Positions 10,655 through 20,260 of a DNA stretch of 64,000 nt are shown piece by piece; the first letter of the stretch is position 1; each line of letters begins with the position of its first letter. A model generated the notes under the pieces. It made no database searches. It worked only from the letters and a program-made list of their open reading frames with translations, and had not been told where the DNA came from. A program made the translations under genes and the position numbers. Source of the DNA: Patescibacteria group bacterium (GTDB lineage Bacteria > Patescibacteriota > Patescibacteriia > UBA10025 > JAHIVO01); NCBI GenBank assembly GCA_049325535.1, contig JBMOKY010000001.1:1074118-1138117 (forward strand). The letters run 5' to 3'.

Positions 10655-11659
10655 TCACTCTTCGACGGTCGCATGCATCTGTGCGGCCGTCTTTTTTATT
10701 TCATCGGGAAAAAGCGCGGCAATGCTGGCGGGGATAGCCATCAGCGCCAGCGGCACTAGCAGCCGTGTCTCATGCGGCCAGCCCATCAGCGCGGTGATGA
10801 GGAAAAAAATAACCATATAGGGCGCTGTCCGCCGCAGAAATACCGGCTTTTCTTTCAGCCGTATAAATGGCAGCACCCAAAGCATCCCAAGAAATGGGAT
10901 GAAATACAGGTATACGCTGACCAATGGATTGAGCCGCAGTCCCATACTCCATAAATGAATATTTTTTGAATACTGCCAAAACGCCGAATTGGCCCCCTCG
11001 TAGAATGCATTGCGCGTTAGGTAAAAAATTAGCCCCCAGACCGCCAGCAAGCCGGCGATCTCAACGGCCCGCCTAGCCGCCTGCCGCCAGTCGATGCGCC
11101 ACCACCGCCCTGCCGCCGGCCAGCGGTACAGGCCATACAACGGGACAAGCAGGACGATGGTCTCTTTGGCAAAACAGCCGGCACCGATGATCAGCATCAG
11201 CCACCAATATTTATAGTCACGGATAGCCCATACCCCGAGGAGGAAGAATGGATATAGTACGACGTCAGACTCCTGGAGAAACGGTAAAAACGTGATCGGC
11301 TGGATCGCCGCCAATATCACCGTCCCCAGCATAGCAATGGATGGACGGAACCAGGACAAGAGGAATAGATGAAATAAACACAGCAGTAAAAACGTCATGA
11401 GCAAACGGATAGTCAAATACGCGACGTAGGTCGGAACATCCATCAGCCGACTGACGCCATCGGCCATCCAAAATGACAGCAAGCGGAACTGGGTGGAGTC
11501 GGGCTGCTGACCATCCGCGATCTGCTGATGCCATGTCGCCCAGCCGCCGGGAACATGCTGTATATGGGTCAAAAAATACACGCCAACCAGCGACCAGGCA
11601 ATAAAAAAATAAAAAAGGAATATACACAGGAGTCGTTTGGACTGAGGGGAAAATTTCAT
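10655..11659 (-). CDS. polytopic membrane protein, possibly GT-C-like
   Basis: Many hydrophobic, Trp-rich segments; KET and ETR motifs between transmembrane segments. Confidence 0.7.
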   Translation of the reverse strand: MKFSPQSKRLLCIFLFYFFIAWSLVGVYFLTHIQHVPGGWATWHQQIADGQQPDSTQFRLLSFWMADGVSRLMDVPTYVAYLTIRLLMTFLLLCLFHLFLLSWFRPSIAMLGTVILAAIQPITFLPFLQESDVVLYPFFLLGVWAIRDYKYWWLMLIIGAGCFAKETIVLLVPLYGLYRWPAAGRWWRIDWRQAARRAVEIAGLLAVWGLIFYLTRNAFYEGANSAFWQYSKNIHLWSMGLRLNPLVSVYLYFIPFLGMLWVLPFIRLKEKPVFLRRTAPYMVIFFLITALMGWPHETRLLVPLALMAIPASIAALFPDEIKKTAAQMHATVEE

Positions 11660-11722
11660 GATACCAGTGTAGCATATTCTGCGGTGGTCTGGCGCACCAA
11701 CCCATGCTACAATAAGCCCACT

Positions 11723-12985
11723 ATGGCTGAATATATTGTCGATTTACATTTACACTCAAAATATTCACGTGCGGTGTCAAAAGACATGAATCTGGAAGCG
11801 ATGTCCCATTGGGCCGCGCGCAAAGGCATCACTGTACTCGCTTGCGCTGACTATACCCACCCGGCCTGGTATGCGGAGCTGAAGGAAAAACTGCAGCCCC
11901 AGGAAAACGGATTATTCCGGCTAAAAAACGCTCCGGAGCATACCTTTTTTATCCTCTCGACGGAACTGTCCTGTATCTATTCACAGGATGGTGCCACCCG
12001 ACGGATCCATATCGTGGTGGTATTCCCGACGCTGCTCGATGTGGCCACGTTTAATGCCAGTCTCAAACAAGAGGGTGCAAATCTACGCGCCGACGGCCGG
12101 CCGATTTTGGGGATGAGCGCGGAACGTATCGTGGAACTGGCCAAATCCGCCAGCCCGGAATCTATCATCATCCCCGCCCATATCTGGACACCGTGGTTTT
12201 CTATGTTCGGGTCCATGTCCGGTTTTGACAGCGTCGCCGAATGTTTCGGCAAGCAAACACAGTTCATCAAAGCGGTGGAAACAGGTCTATCCTCGGACCC
12301 GGCCATGAATTGGCGTCTATCACAACTCGATGGTATGCAAATCGTTTCGTTTTCAGATGCCCACTCAGCAAAAAAAATGGCACGGGAGGCAACCGTGTTG
12401 AATCTAGATAGATTGACCTATGCCAATCTGCGCCGTGCACTGGAATCGCCGGATGCGAAGAATTCCATCGCCTATACGATTGAATTCTACCCCGAGGAAG
12501 GCAAATACCATTTCGATGGGCATCGCGACTGTGATATTCGTCTGTCTCCGGCAGAAACGAAAAAACACCGGGGCGTCTGTCCTAAATGCAAAAAACCAGT
12601 CACTGTCGGAGTGATGAACCGTGTGGACGAACTTGCCGACCGACCAGAAGGATACCGGCCAAAAAATCGACCGCCATTCAAATCGATCGTGCCATTGCAG
12701 GAAATCATTGCTGATGCGTTTGGCGTCGGGGTCAATAGCAAACGCGTACAAACGGAATTTAATACGATTATTGACGCGATTGCCCCAGAATTCGAAGTGC
12801 TGCTCAATGCTGATCTGGAAAAAATTGCCTCGGCAGCTCAACCGATCGTCGTCGAGGGCATCAGGCGAGTCCGCCAAGGAACTTTGCATATTTTACCCGG
12901 CTATGACGGTGAATTCGGCACCGTCAGCGTATTTACCGATGAAGAGCGCGCCGCGGCAAGTACGAAACAAAAAACTCTATTCTAA
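11723..12985 (+). CDS. endonuclease Q family protein (PHP domain plus zinc ribbon)
   Basis: DLHLHSKYSRA, PAHIWTPWFS, ETGLSSD, SDAHS, GKYH.DGHR.C, CP.C, PGYDG.FG. Confidence 0.88.
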   Translation: MAEYIVDLHLHSKYSRAVSKDMNLEAMSHWAARKGITVLACADYTHPAWYAELKEKLQPQENGLFRLKNAPEHTFFILSTELSCIYSQDGATRRIHIVVVFPTLLDVATFNASLKQEGANLRADGRPILGMSAERIVELAKSASPESIIIPAHIWTPWFSMFGSMSGFDSVAECFGKQTQFIKAVETGLSSDPAMNWRLSQLDGMQIVSFSDAHSAKKMAREATVLNLDRLTYANLRRALESPDAKNSIAYTIEFYPEEGKYHFDGHRDCDIRLSPAETKKHRGVCPKCKKPVTVGVMNRVDELADRPEGYRPKNRPPFKSIVPLQEIIADAFGVGVNSKRVQTEFNTIIDAIAPEFEVLLNADLEKIASAAQPIVVEGIRRVRQGTLHILPGYDGEFGTVSVFTDEERAAASTKQKTLF

Positions 12986-12988
12986 ACC

Positions 12989-13531
12989 ATGGAACTTGTT
13001 ATTGCCCTGATCCTACTTATTGTTACCATATTTTTTGCCATACTGGCGATCTATATATTTATCATCCTCTTAAAAACGAAGGTTCCTTTTGTCCGGACGC
13101 CGCTCGCGGTCATCGACACGATTATCAATGCCGTCGGCATCACCAGCCGCGATACAGTATATGACCTCGGCTGCGGTAATGCCCGGGTGCTGATCGAGAT
13201 CGAACGAAAAACCGGCGCCCGGGTGGTCGGCTATGAACTGTCGCCCTGGGCGTATTTCTTGGCGCGATGGAATGTCCGCCTCCACCAATCAAAAACTCTG
13301 ATACGCTACGCGGATTTTTATAAAGCCGACCTGTCCCCGGCCACTGTCGTGTTCGCCTTCCTTATCGTGGCCGTCATGCCCAAAGTTGGGGCTCAATTAG
13401 AAAAGCAACTGAAGCCTGGCACTACGGTAGTCTGTTATGGATTTTCAATTCCCCAGTGGACCCCAACGAAAACCATCCCCACTAGACAAAACGACCCCAA
13501 AGCGAGTAAAATCTACATTTACAAACGATAA
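12989..13531 (+). CDS. class I SAM-dependent methyltransferase with an N-terminal transmembrane helix
   Basis: VPFV.TP, YDLGCG, G.E. Confidence 0.85.
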   Translation: MELVIALILLIVTIFFAILAIYIFIILLKTKVPFVRTPLAVIDTIINAVGITSRDTVYDLGCGNARVLIEIERKTGARVVGYELSPWAYFLARWNVRLHQSKTLIRYADFYKADLSPATVVFAFLIVAVMPKVGAQLEKQLKPGTTVVCYGFSIPQWTPTKTIPTRQNDPKASKIYIYKR

Positions 13532-13532
13532 T

Positions 13533-13672
13533 TCGTGGGGGTGCGCCCGAGTCTCCGGGATCCATACTGGCCGGGATACATTCCGGCGCAGCCCTGCCCC
13601 GTACAGAGCGGAAGCGTGCGAGAGTCCCCGCGCCACGAGAGGGCGCGGGGCAAGAGTTAAGCGCAACATTAT
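13533..13672 (+). ncRNA. candidate structured non-coding RNA of unknown family
   Basis: GC-rich intergenic sequence with nested stems (GGGGGTGC/GCAGCCCT, CCCG/CGGG, GCCGGGA/TTCCGGC, CCCCGCGCC/GGCGCGGGG); promoter-like TAGACA-N18-TAAAAT at 13483-13512. Confidence 0.5.
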
Positions 13673-13691
13673 TAAATAATGCTCTCAGAAC

Positions 13692-13778
13692 GGAGGAGTG
13701 GCCGAGTGGTTGAAGGCGCAGCTCTCGAAAAGCTGTATACCCGCAAGGGTATCGTGAGTTCGAATCTCACCTCCTCCG
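13692..13778 (+). tRNA. tRNA-Ser(CGA), CCA not encoded
   Basis: Acceptor GGAGGAG/CTCCTCC plus G73; anticodon arm CAGCT-CTCGAAA-AGCTG; long variable arm; GTTCGAATC T loop. Confidence 0.96.
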
Positions 13779-14012
13779 TTCTGAGAGACCCATAAGAATC
13801 TCAGAGACCCTGGACTCGAGTGTTACGAGTAGTTCAGGGCTCCCGTCTCCGCTCGGGGGAGTTCATCATGAGCCGAAATCAAATCCGACTTATGACGTCG
13901 CACAAGTATCATGATATCAGACGAATCGGGCCCCCTCCTCGATGAGAGACCGACGAGAACTTGAAGCCCCGATGATACGCATCCTGATAGTCGAGAAGTC
14001 CTATTTCCCATT

Positions 14013-14489
14013 ATGACAAACAATCGACGCGCGAACAATTACTGGACGCCAGCTGATCATTCAGTCGTCAGTGCGGCCCAATCATTCTCCGAGCTGCTCC
14101 CGACCGCCCTAACGATCATCAGGCGCATGCCTCAACCGGTAGCGATGGTGTCTGGCCCGATGTCCACGGGCGGTGCCGGGTCACTGGAAAAAAACGTGTC
14201 CCGTTTTGCCGCCGCCATCCATAATCTGAATGAGGCTGGGATCACCACCTTTGATCAGTTGCCATTCCAAAAAAGCATGATCCGTCTGCTTCAGCAACAC
14301 CACCATGCAACATCCTATTACATGCCGCTGCTGGAGGATTTCTACCTGCCCGTGTTCCAATCAGGCCTGATCGCTCGGGTGTATTTCCTTCCGGACTGGC
14401 ATACGTCATTCGGCGCTCGGTGGGAGCATGACCAATGCGAAAAACTGGGCATCCCGCAAATCCCGTTCCCGGACGCGCTACTCCCCTAA
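14013..14489 (+). CDS. DUF4406 / nucleoside deoxyribosyltransferase-like protein
   Basis: SGPMSTGG and FLPDW..S.GA.WE......LGI. Confidence 0.65.
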   Translation: MTNNRRANNYWTPADHSVVSAAQSFSELLPTALTIIRRMPQPVAMVSGPMSTGGAGSLEKNVSRFAAAIHNLNEAGITTFDQLPFQKSMIRLLQQHHHATSYYMPLLEDFYLPVFQSGLIARVYFLPDWHTSFGARWEHDQCEKLGIPQIPFPDALLP

Positions 14490-14511
14490 TGGTGTGTTAT
14501 ACTTATAGTCT

Positions 14512-15405
14512 ATGAAGACGGAACTCATCATCGGCGTTATCGGTATCATACTGATCGGATTGATCGCCGGCAGCGCCTGGAATGATTATGATGCGCCAGA
14601 ACCGATCAACACCAGTAACGGCGCACTGACCAATGAACAAATAAATGCCCAGCTCCAAGCAGCAGCCGACGCCGGCAGCGCCACGCTCGATATGGAGCTC
14701 ATCTCCCAACATGCCAGCATTGATTCCTGTTGGCTACTTATTGATGGCAAAGTGTATGATGTGACGAGCTATCTCCGGCTTCATCCCGGCGGCCAGCCTA
14801 TTGTGCTTCCGTTCTGCGGTGCGGATGCTACCAGCGCATTTGGCACAAAAGCCGGACAAGGCAGCCACTCATCATTTGCCACAGAGCAGCTGGATACTTT
14901 TTATATTGGCGACTTCAACATGATACTCACCGTGCCAGCTGATGAACTGTCGGCAAACATAAACGCTCCTACCGCCGATCCGGAGACGATGCCCGTGCCC
15001 GCCGCAGTCAATCCGACTCCAGTGACACTCACCCTAAACGCCACTACCGTAGCGCAGCATAATACCGTTGATGACTGCTGGCTGATCATTTCAAACGCGG
15101 TATATGAGGTCACTGCGTACCTCTCCCGACACCCTGGTGGCCGGGCTATTATTGTTCCATACTGCGGAATGGATGCCACCAATGCATTTGGCACCCAAGC
15201 GGGCAAAGGCAGTCATTCATCGTTTGCGGTCAGCGAGCTCGCCTCACTCAAAATCGGTACGCTCGGCGGTACCACCACCGTTGACAGTATCCAGCAAGTA
15301 CAGCAAAATATTAATTCTTCCCCAGCACAACCGACGGGCGAAACCGATGACCAAAACGAAGAAGATGATGAGGAAGATGAAAAGGAGGAATCCGATGATG
15401 ACTAA
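14512..15405 (+). CDS. membrane-anchored protein with two cytochrome b5-like heme-binding domains
   Basis: N-terminal transmembrane helix; two copies of H....CW..I...VY.VT.YL..HPGG.......CG.DAT.AF.......HS; acidic tail. Confidence 0.9.
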   Translation: MKTELIIGVIGIILIGLIAGSAWNDYDAPEPINTSNGALTNEQINAQLQAAADAGSATLDMELISQHASIDSCWLLIDGKVYDVTSYLRLHPGGQPIVLPFCGADATSAFGTKAGQGSHSSFATEQLDTFYIGDFNMILTVPADELSANINAPTADPETMPVPAAVNPTPVTLTLNATTVAQHNTVDDCWLIISNAVYEVTAYLSRHPGGRAIIVPYCGMDATNAFGTQAGKGSHSSFAVSELASLKIGTLGGTTTVDSIQQVQQNINSSPAQPTGETDDQNEEDDEEDEKEESDDD

Positions 15406-15697
15406 CACCTACCTCATCAGTAAAAAAATACACCGCCTGCTGGTACTGATCATTTTGACCATTGGATTACTCATGGCCGTCACCGGCCTCATGCTCAAAT
15501 ACCCGTCGTTCGCCATGGAGTATTTACCATTCTTGAACCTGGGAAAGATTCGCTATCTCCATAATTCGCTCAGCCTGTATTTTTCTATCGTCCTCGTGCT
15601 GATGATCATAACTGGTATCTGGATGTATATATACCCGAGCATCAAAAAATTCAGGTCCAAATCGTCCACGCCACCCGATGACCAGACTAACGGATAA
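15395..15697 (+). CDS. small two-TM di-histidine membrane protein (PepSY-TM / DUF4405 / cytochrome b-like)
   Basis: KIHR before TM1 (ends ..TG), YLHN before TM2 (ends ..TG); SD AAGGAGG at 15382-15388; overlaps both neighbours. Confidence 0.65.
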   Translation: MMTNTYLISKKIHRLLVLIILTIGLLMAVTGLMLKYPSFAMEYLPFLNLGKIRYLHNSLSLYFSIVLVLMIITGIWMYIYPSIKKFRSKSSTPPDDQTNG

Positions 15698-16244
15698 ACC
15701 CAGCCACCCGGCGAGCAGGGCAACTTTTGCCGCGGGGTGTTTTTGGTGTACCGAGGCTGTATACACCCGGCTGCGGGGTGTTTCCAGCGTGATCCCCGGC
15801 TATGCCAATGGCTCATCCGAATTCGCTACCTATGCGGATGTACAGGCCGGATCCGGGCACGCCGAAGCGGTGCAGATTACCTATGACCCAGCGGTAATCA
15901 GCTACGATCAGTTGCTGACTGTGTTTTTCGGCACTCACGACCCGACCACCCCTGACCGTCAGGGACACGATATCGGCCCCCAATACCGCTCGGCGATCTT
16001 TACCCATGACGAGGAGCAGCGTGAAGTGGCCGAACGCGTAAAAAAACAGCTGACGCATGACCAGATTTTCTCCGCGCCCATTATCACCTTGATTGAGCCG
16101 CTGAGAAATTTTACTCCCGCGGAACGATCCCACAAAAACTACTACGCGCTCAACCGGCAGGAACCCTATTGTCAGCTGGTCATCGATCCGAAAATTGCCA
16201 AACTCCGCAGTACCTACGCAGCACTACTCAAACCCGATATGTAA
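15678..16244 (+). CDS. msrA: peptide-methionine (S)-S-oxide reductase
   Basis: GCFWC.E, GHAEAVQ, HDPT, QG.D.G.QYRS, AE..H..YY, YC. Confidence 0.95.
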   Translation: MTRLTDKPSHPASRATFAAGCFWCTEAVYTRLRGVSSVIPGYANGSSEFATYADVQAGSGHAEAVQITYDPAVISYDQLLTVFFGTHDPTTPDRQGHDIGPQYRSAIFTHDEEQREVAERVKKQLTHDQIFSAPIITLIEPLRNFTPAERSHKNYYALNRQEPYCQLVIDPKIAKLRSTYAALLKPDM

Positions 16245-16336
16245 GCACTCCACTTCCTGAGTGCCCGTGCTATACTGAATTTGCCCGATACGGCCATCCG
16301 CGGCCGCCAGTAACAAATAACAAGATACTGACCACC

Positions 16337-17629
16337 ATGGACACAAAAAAATTCCTCTTTATCTCGGATACCGCGCTTATTTCCGATATAGCCTGGCAGG
16401 TCGTAAAAGAAGGGCACGAGGTCAAATACTACATCAGCGAAGAGGACGACCGGGACAGCGCTGACGGTTTCGTGCCAAAGGTGGCAAACTGGAAAGAACA
16501 TGTCGATTGGGCCGATGTCATCATATTTGATGATGTGATGGGGTACGGTGATGACGCCCAAAAACTGCGGAACCAGGGAAAGCGCGTCATCGGCGGCACA
16601 CCCTACACCGATCGCCTGGAGGACGACCGGACATTTGGCCAGGAAGAGCTGAAACGGCATGATGTCAATATCATCCCCTACCAGGAATTCACCGATTTTG
16701 GATTGGCCATCGAATACGTGAAAGAGCACCCCGATGAATACGTCGTTAAACCCTCGGGAGAAGCCCAAAATATCAAACGACTGCTGTTTGTCGGCATGGA
16801 AAAGGACGGCGCCGATGTCATCCGCATTTTGGAGGCCTACCGCCGGGTGTGGGCAAATAAAATCAAAGTATTCCAGCTGCAGCGGAGAATGAACGGGGTG
16901 GAAGTAGCGGTGGGCGCATTTTTCAACGGCCAACAATTCATTACTCCGATCAATATCAATTTCGAACATAAAAAATTGTTCCCCGGCAATATCGGCCCAG
17001 CCACCGGTGAAATGGGTACTAGCATGTTCTGGTCGGAGCCAAGCCGGCTATTTAACCAGACGCTAAAGAAAATGGAGCCGACCTTCGCCCGGGAACGGTA
17101 TGTCGGATACGTCGACCTGAATTGTATCGTTAATAGCAACGGCATCTACCCCCTCGAGTTCACCGCCCGCTTCGGCTACCCGACCATCAGCATCCAGCAG
17201 GAAAGTATGATCACGCCGATCGGAGAATTCCTCTATGCCCTCGCCGACGGACAGGATCCGAAGCTAAAAATCAAAAAAGGGTTCCATGTCGGCGTCCGGG
17301 TGGTCGTCCCTCCCTACCCCTACCGCGACAAGCGAACATTTGACGCCAATTCAAAAGGTGCGGTCGTCGTATTCAAAGGCAAAAATACCGATGGGGTGCA
17401 CATCGAAGATATCAAAATGGTGAACGGTGAATGGATCGTCACCGGCTCCACCGGTGTGGCATTGATCGTCGTCGGATCTGGGCCAACTATGCGCCAGGCC
17501 AAAGACCAGGCCTACAACCGCATCAAAAACATCCTCATCCCCAATATGTACTATCGCATGGATATCAGTGACCGCTGGAACGACGATTCGGATAAACTGC
17601 ACTCCTGGGGATATCTGCGGGAAATCTAG
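16337..17629 (+). CDS. PurD-like ATP-grasp ligase (phosphoribosylamine-glycine ligase family, divergent)
   Basis: LE.DR..G, VVKPSG, FEHKKLF.G..GP.TGEMG, LEFT.RFGYP, YR.DI. Confidence 0.8.
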   Translation: MDTKKFLFISDTALISDIAWQVVKEGHEVKYYISEEDDRDSADGFVPKVANWKEHVDWADVIIFDDVMGYGDDAQKLRNQGKRVIGGTPYTDRLEDDRTFGQEELKRHDVNIIPYQEFTDFGLAIEYVKEHPDEYVVKPSGEAQNIKRLLFVGMEKDGADVIRILEAYRRVWANKIKVFQLQRRMNGVEVAVGAFFNGQQFITPININFEHKKLFPGNIGPATGEMGTSMFWSEPSRLFNQTLKKMEPTFARERYVGYVDLNCIVNSNGIYPLEFTARFGYPTISIQQESMITPIGEFLYALADGQDPKLKIKKGFHVGVRVVVPPYPYRDKRTFDANSKGAVVVFKGKNTDGVHIEDIKMVNGEWIVTGSTGVALIVVGSGPTMRQAKDQAYNRIKNILIPNMYYRMDISDRWNDDSDKLHSWGYLREI

Positions 17630-18726
17630 TCTTTGAATTTAAACATCCTCCAGGCGATCAAAAACGACACGACCACCCAGGCGGCCATCAGACCCAGCTG
17701 GCTGCCGATGGCGCTCACGCTCTCGGCATCGATGGATACTTTTCGGAGTGCCTCAATCATCGGGGTCAACGGTAAATAGGCCACAATCCGCGCCACGATA
17801 CCGGGCAGGGCGTCAGTCGAAAAGAAAACTCCGGAAAAAAACATCATCGGCATCGTCACCACTTGCGACATGGCTTCAGCTGTTTTGGTATTTTTCGAGT
17901 ACCCCGCCACGGCAAATCCGAGATTGAGAAATATGATACTGCCAAAAATCGCCAAGCCATAGATAAGCAGGTAGCTCCCCTGCACCTGCACCTGGAAAGC
18001 GATGCGCGCCAGGAGAATAATCAGACTCACCTGAGCGATATTGACCACCAAATAGCTCGCCACCTCGGCCATCAGGAATGTACGCACCTTGAGCGGTGTC
18101 GCGGAGAGTCGTTTCAATAATTTCTGCTCCCGATACCGGGATATACCGGTGGAAATGCCGATGACCGCCGATGTCATGATGGCCATACCCAGGATGCCGG
18201 GCATAATCAGGTCGATATAACGGACGTTTTTCGCCTGGACACTCTCTGCGGTATAGGAAAAAATTTGCGGGGTCTGCGCGACTTGCATGTTCATTTTATC
18301 GACGAATGTGCTGACTATACTGACGCCCACCTGATTTGCCAGGATATTCGCCTCATCATAGTACACCTGCACCGGTTCCGGCAAAGCTGACGGTTGACCC
18401 GCTCCCGCTTCCATTGATTGAGTAAAACCGGGGGGAATCACCAGGACAAAATCGACATCCCCGTCTTTCAATGACTGACGCGCTTCATCGACGGTGCCGG
18501 CAAAATCCTGACGGTCCAATACGTCAATCTGCGAAAATCCTTCGAGGAATTGAGCAGATAAATCCGAATTCGCCTGATCAACCACTGCGTACTTGGCGCT
18601 GCCCATATTTTCAAAATCAAACAGGCCAAAAATGATGATAAACATCAGGGGGAACAGCAACGACCAAAAAATCGCTTGCTTGTCCCGCACGGTCATTTTT
18701 ATGTTTGCCCACAGAAGTTTCCACAT
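17626..18726 (-). CDS. ABC-2 type exporter permease
   Basis: FW.LLFP, PGI..M, L.RL..TP, FFSG.FF, LP.T. Confidence 0.9.
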   Translation of the reverse strand: MWKLLWANIKMTVRDKQAIFWSLLFPLMFIIIFGLFDFENMGSAKYAVVDQANSDLSAQFLEGFSQIDVLDRQDFAGTVDEARQSLKDGDVDFVLVIPPGFTQSMEAGAGQPSALPEPVQVYYDEANILANQVGVSIVSTFVDKMNMQVAQTPQIFSYTAESVQAKNVRYIDLIMPGILGMAIMTSAVIGISTGISRYREQKLLKRLSATPLKVRTFLMAEVASYLVVNIAQVSLIILLARIAFQVQVQGSYLLIYGLAIFGSIIFLNLGFAVAGYSKNTKTAEAMSQVVTMPMMFFSGVFFSTDALPGIVARIVAYLPLTPMIEALRKVSIDAESVSAIGSQLGLMAAWVVVSFLIAWRMFKFKD

Positions 18727-18730
18727 ACCG

Positions 18731-19672
18731 TTACGAATGTTCTAATTTCTTTCCGGTTAATTCGAGAAATGCGTCCTCGAGGTCGGCTGATTTGAGCGTC
18801 AAATCGCCCATGAATACACGCTGTTGTTCAGCCCATTTATACAGGTTCGGTAGTACTTCGTTGCCCTTGGTCACCCGGACAGTGTACACATGATCGATTT
18901 TTTCCACGTCGATTACCCCGGGCACCGACCGGAGCGTCGCCAGGTCAAATTGTTCCTGTGCGCCAAATCGTATCTTTGACGACGAGTGTAATCGGGCGAT
19001 CAGCCGTTCCGGCGTATCCAGCGCGGCGATCACCCCGCCCTCCATGATTCCCACGCGATGGCAGAGATACTGCGCTTCCTCCATATAGTGCGTCGTCAAT
19101 ACGATGGTCTTTCCCTGTTTATTCACGCTCTCGATGAAATTCCACATGAGTCGCCGGGCATAGGGATCGAGCCCGGTGGTCGGCTCATCGAGAAAAACGA
19201 CCTCGGGGTCATTGACCAGCGCTGCGCATATGGAAAACCGCTGCTGCTGGCCGCCCGACAGCTGTTTGACGAGCGCTTTTTTCTTGTCCCGCAAATCGAC
19301 GATATCGAGCAGTGCGTCGGTGTCGACCTGCTGACCATAAAAACTTCCAAATAATTCCAGGATCTCCCCGAGCTGCAGATATTCATAATAGGCTGACGAC
19401 TGCAGCTGAATACCGATGATACGCTTGACCGCATCTTTCTGATGACGCGTATCCATACCTTTGATCATGGCCATTCCTGAGGTCGGCTCCTGCAGGCCCT
19501 CGATGATTTCCAGGGTAGTCGTTTTACCGGCACCATTGGGGCCAAGCAGCCCAAAAATTTCCCCCTCCGGCACGCTAAAGGAGAGGTGATTAACCGCGGT
19601 GAGATTGCCTTTTTTGTCCGGCGAAACAAATGTTTTGACGAGGTCACGGACCTCAATAATCGATGATGCCAT
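18731..19672 (-). CDS. ABC exporter ATP-binding protein
   Basis: GPNGAGKTT, LSGGQ, FLDEPTTGLD, TTHYMEEA. Confidence 0.93.
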   Translation of the reverse strand: MASSIIEVRDLVKTFVSPDKKGNLTAVNHLSFSVPEGEIFGLLGPNGAGKTTTLEIIEGLQEPTSGMAMIKGMDTRHQKDAVKRIIGIQLQSSAYYEYLQLGEILELFGSFYGQQVDTDALLDIVDLRDKKKALVKQLSGGQQQRFSICAALVNDPEVVFLDEPTTGLDPYARRLMWNFIESVNKQGKTIVLTTHYMEEAQYLCHRVGIMEGGVIAALDTPERLIARLHSSSKIRFGAQEQFDLATLRSVPGVIDVEKIDHVYTVRVTKGNEVLPNLYKWAEQQRVFMGDLTLKSADLEDAFLELTGKKLEHS

Positions 19673-19755
19673 AACGTATAGTGACCTGCAGTATAGCATG
19701 CTCCAATATGCCCGTAAATGCAGAGGCATACTATTTCTGCTATACTGGGCATACT

Positions 19756-20253
19756 ATGCCCCTACTGCGCATCCCCTTTTTCCCTCAAAAAACCGATTAT
19801 ACCTGCGGCCCGGCGGCGATGCGGATGGTATTCGGATATTTCAAAAAAAGCGCTTCCGAAAAAAATCTAGCGCGACGGATGCGAACCAATCCGCGGCACG
19901 GCACCACCCATCAGGCCATGATCCGCGCCGCGCAGCAAGCCGGGTTCTATGTCTATGTCAATGAAATGGCAACGCTGGAAGAGCTTATATTCCTATTGTC
20001 CTGGCGCTGCCCGGTCATCGTCAACTATACTGAGCCGTCGGCAAATGAAGGACATTTCGCCGTCGTCACCGGCGTCACCAAAAAGAATGTCATCCTACAC
20101 GATCCCTGGAATGGAAAACGGTTTACCCTCAGCCGTCGCTCGTTTCTCGCCCGATGGCATGACCAATTGCCAAAAACCTACTCAAAAAACTGGCTGATGG
20201 CCATCAGCCGCAAAGATTTCCAGGTCGGCAAGCAATACCCACCAAAGAAATAA
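19756..20253 (+). CDS. stand-alone C39-family cysteine peptidase
   Basis: Q.T.YTCGPA, GHF.VV.G, HDPW.G. Confidence 0.85.
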   Translation: MPLLRIPFFPQKTDYTCGPAAMRMVFGYFKKSASEKNLARRMRTNPRHGTTHQAMIRAAQQAGFYVYVNEMATLEELIFLLSWRCPVIVNYTEPSANEGHFAVVTGVTKKNVILHDPWNGKRFTLSRRSFLARWHDQLPKTYSKNWLMAISRKDFQVGKQYPPKK

Positions 20254-20260
20254 ACAACAA

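Noticed and set aside
13560-13610. Cobalamin riboswitch (ATTCCGGCGCAGCCCTGCC resembles part of its core)
   Set aside because: It lacks the adjacent GGGAA and the B12-box, and it precedes a tRNA rather than a B12-related gene.
13445-13679. ORFs 13445-13669 (-) and 13437-13679 (+)
   Set aside because: They have no recognisable motifs, overlap the methyltransferase, and are better explained as shadows of a GC-rich structured RNA.
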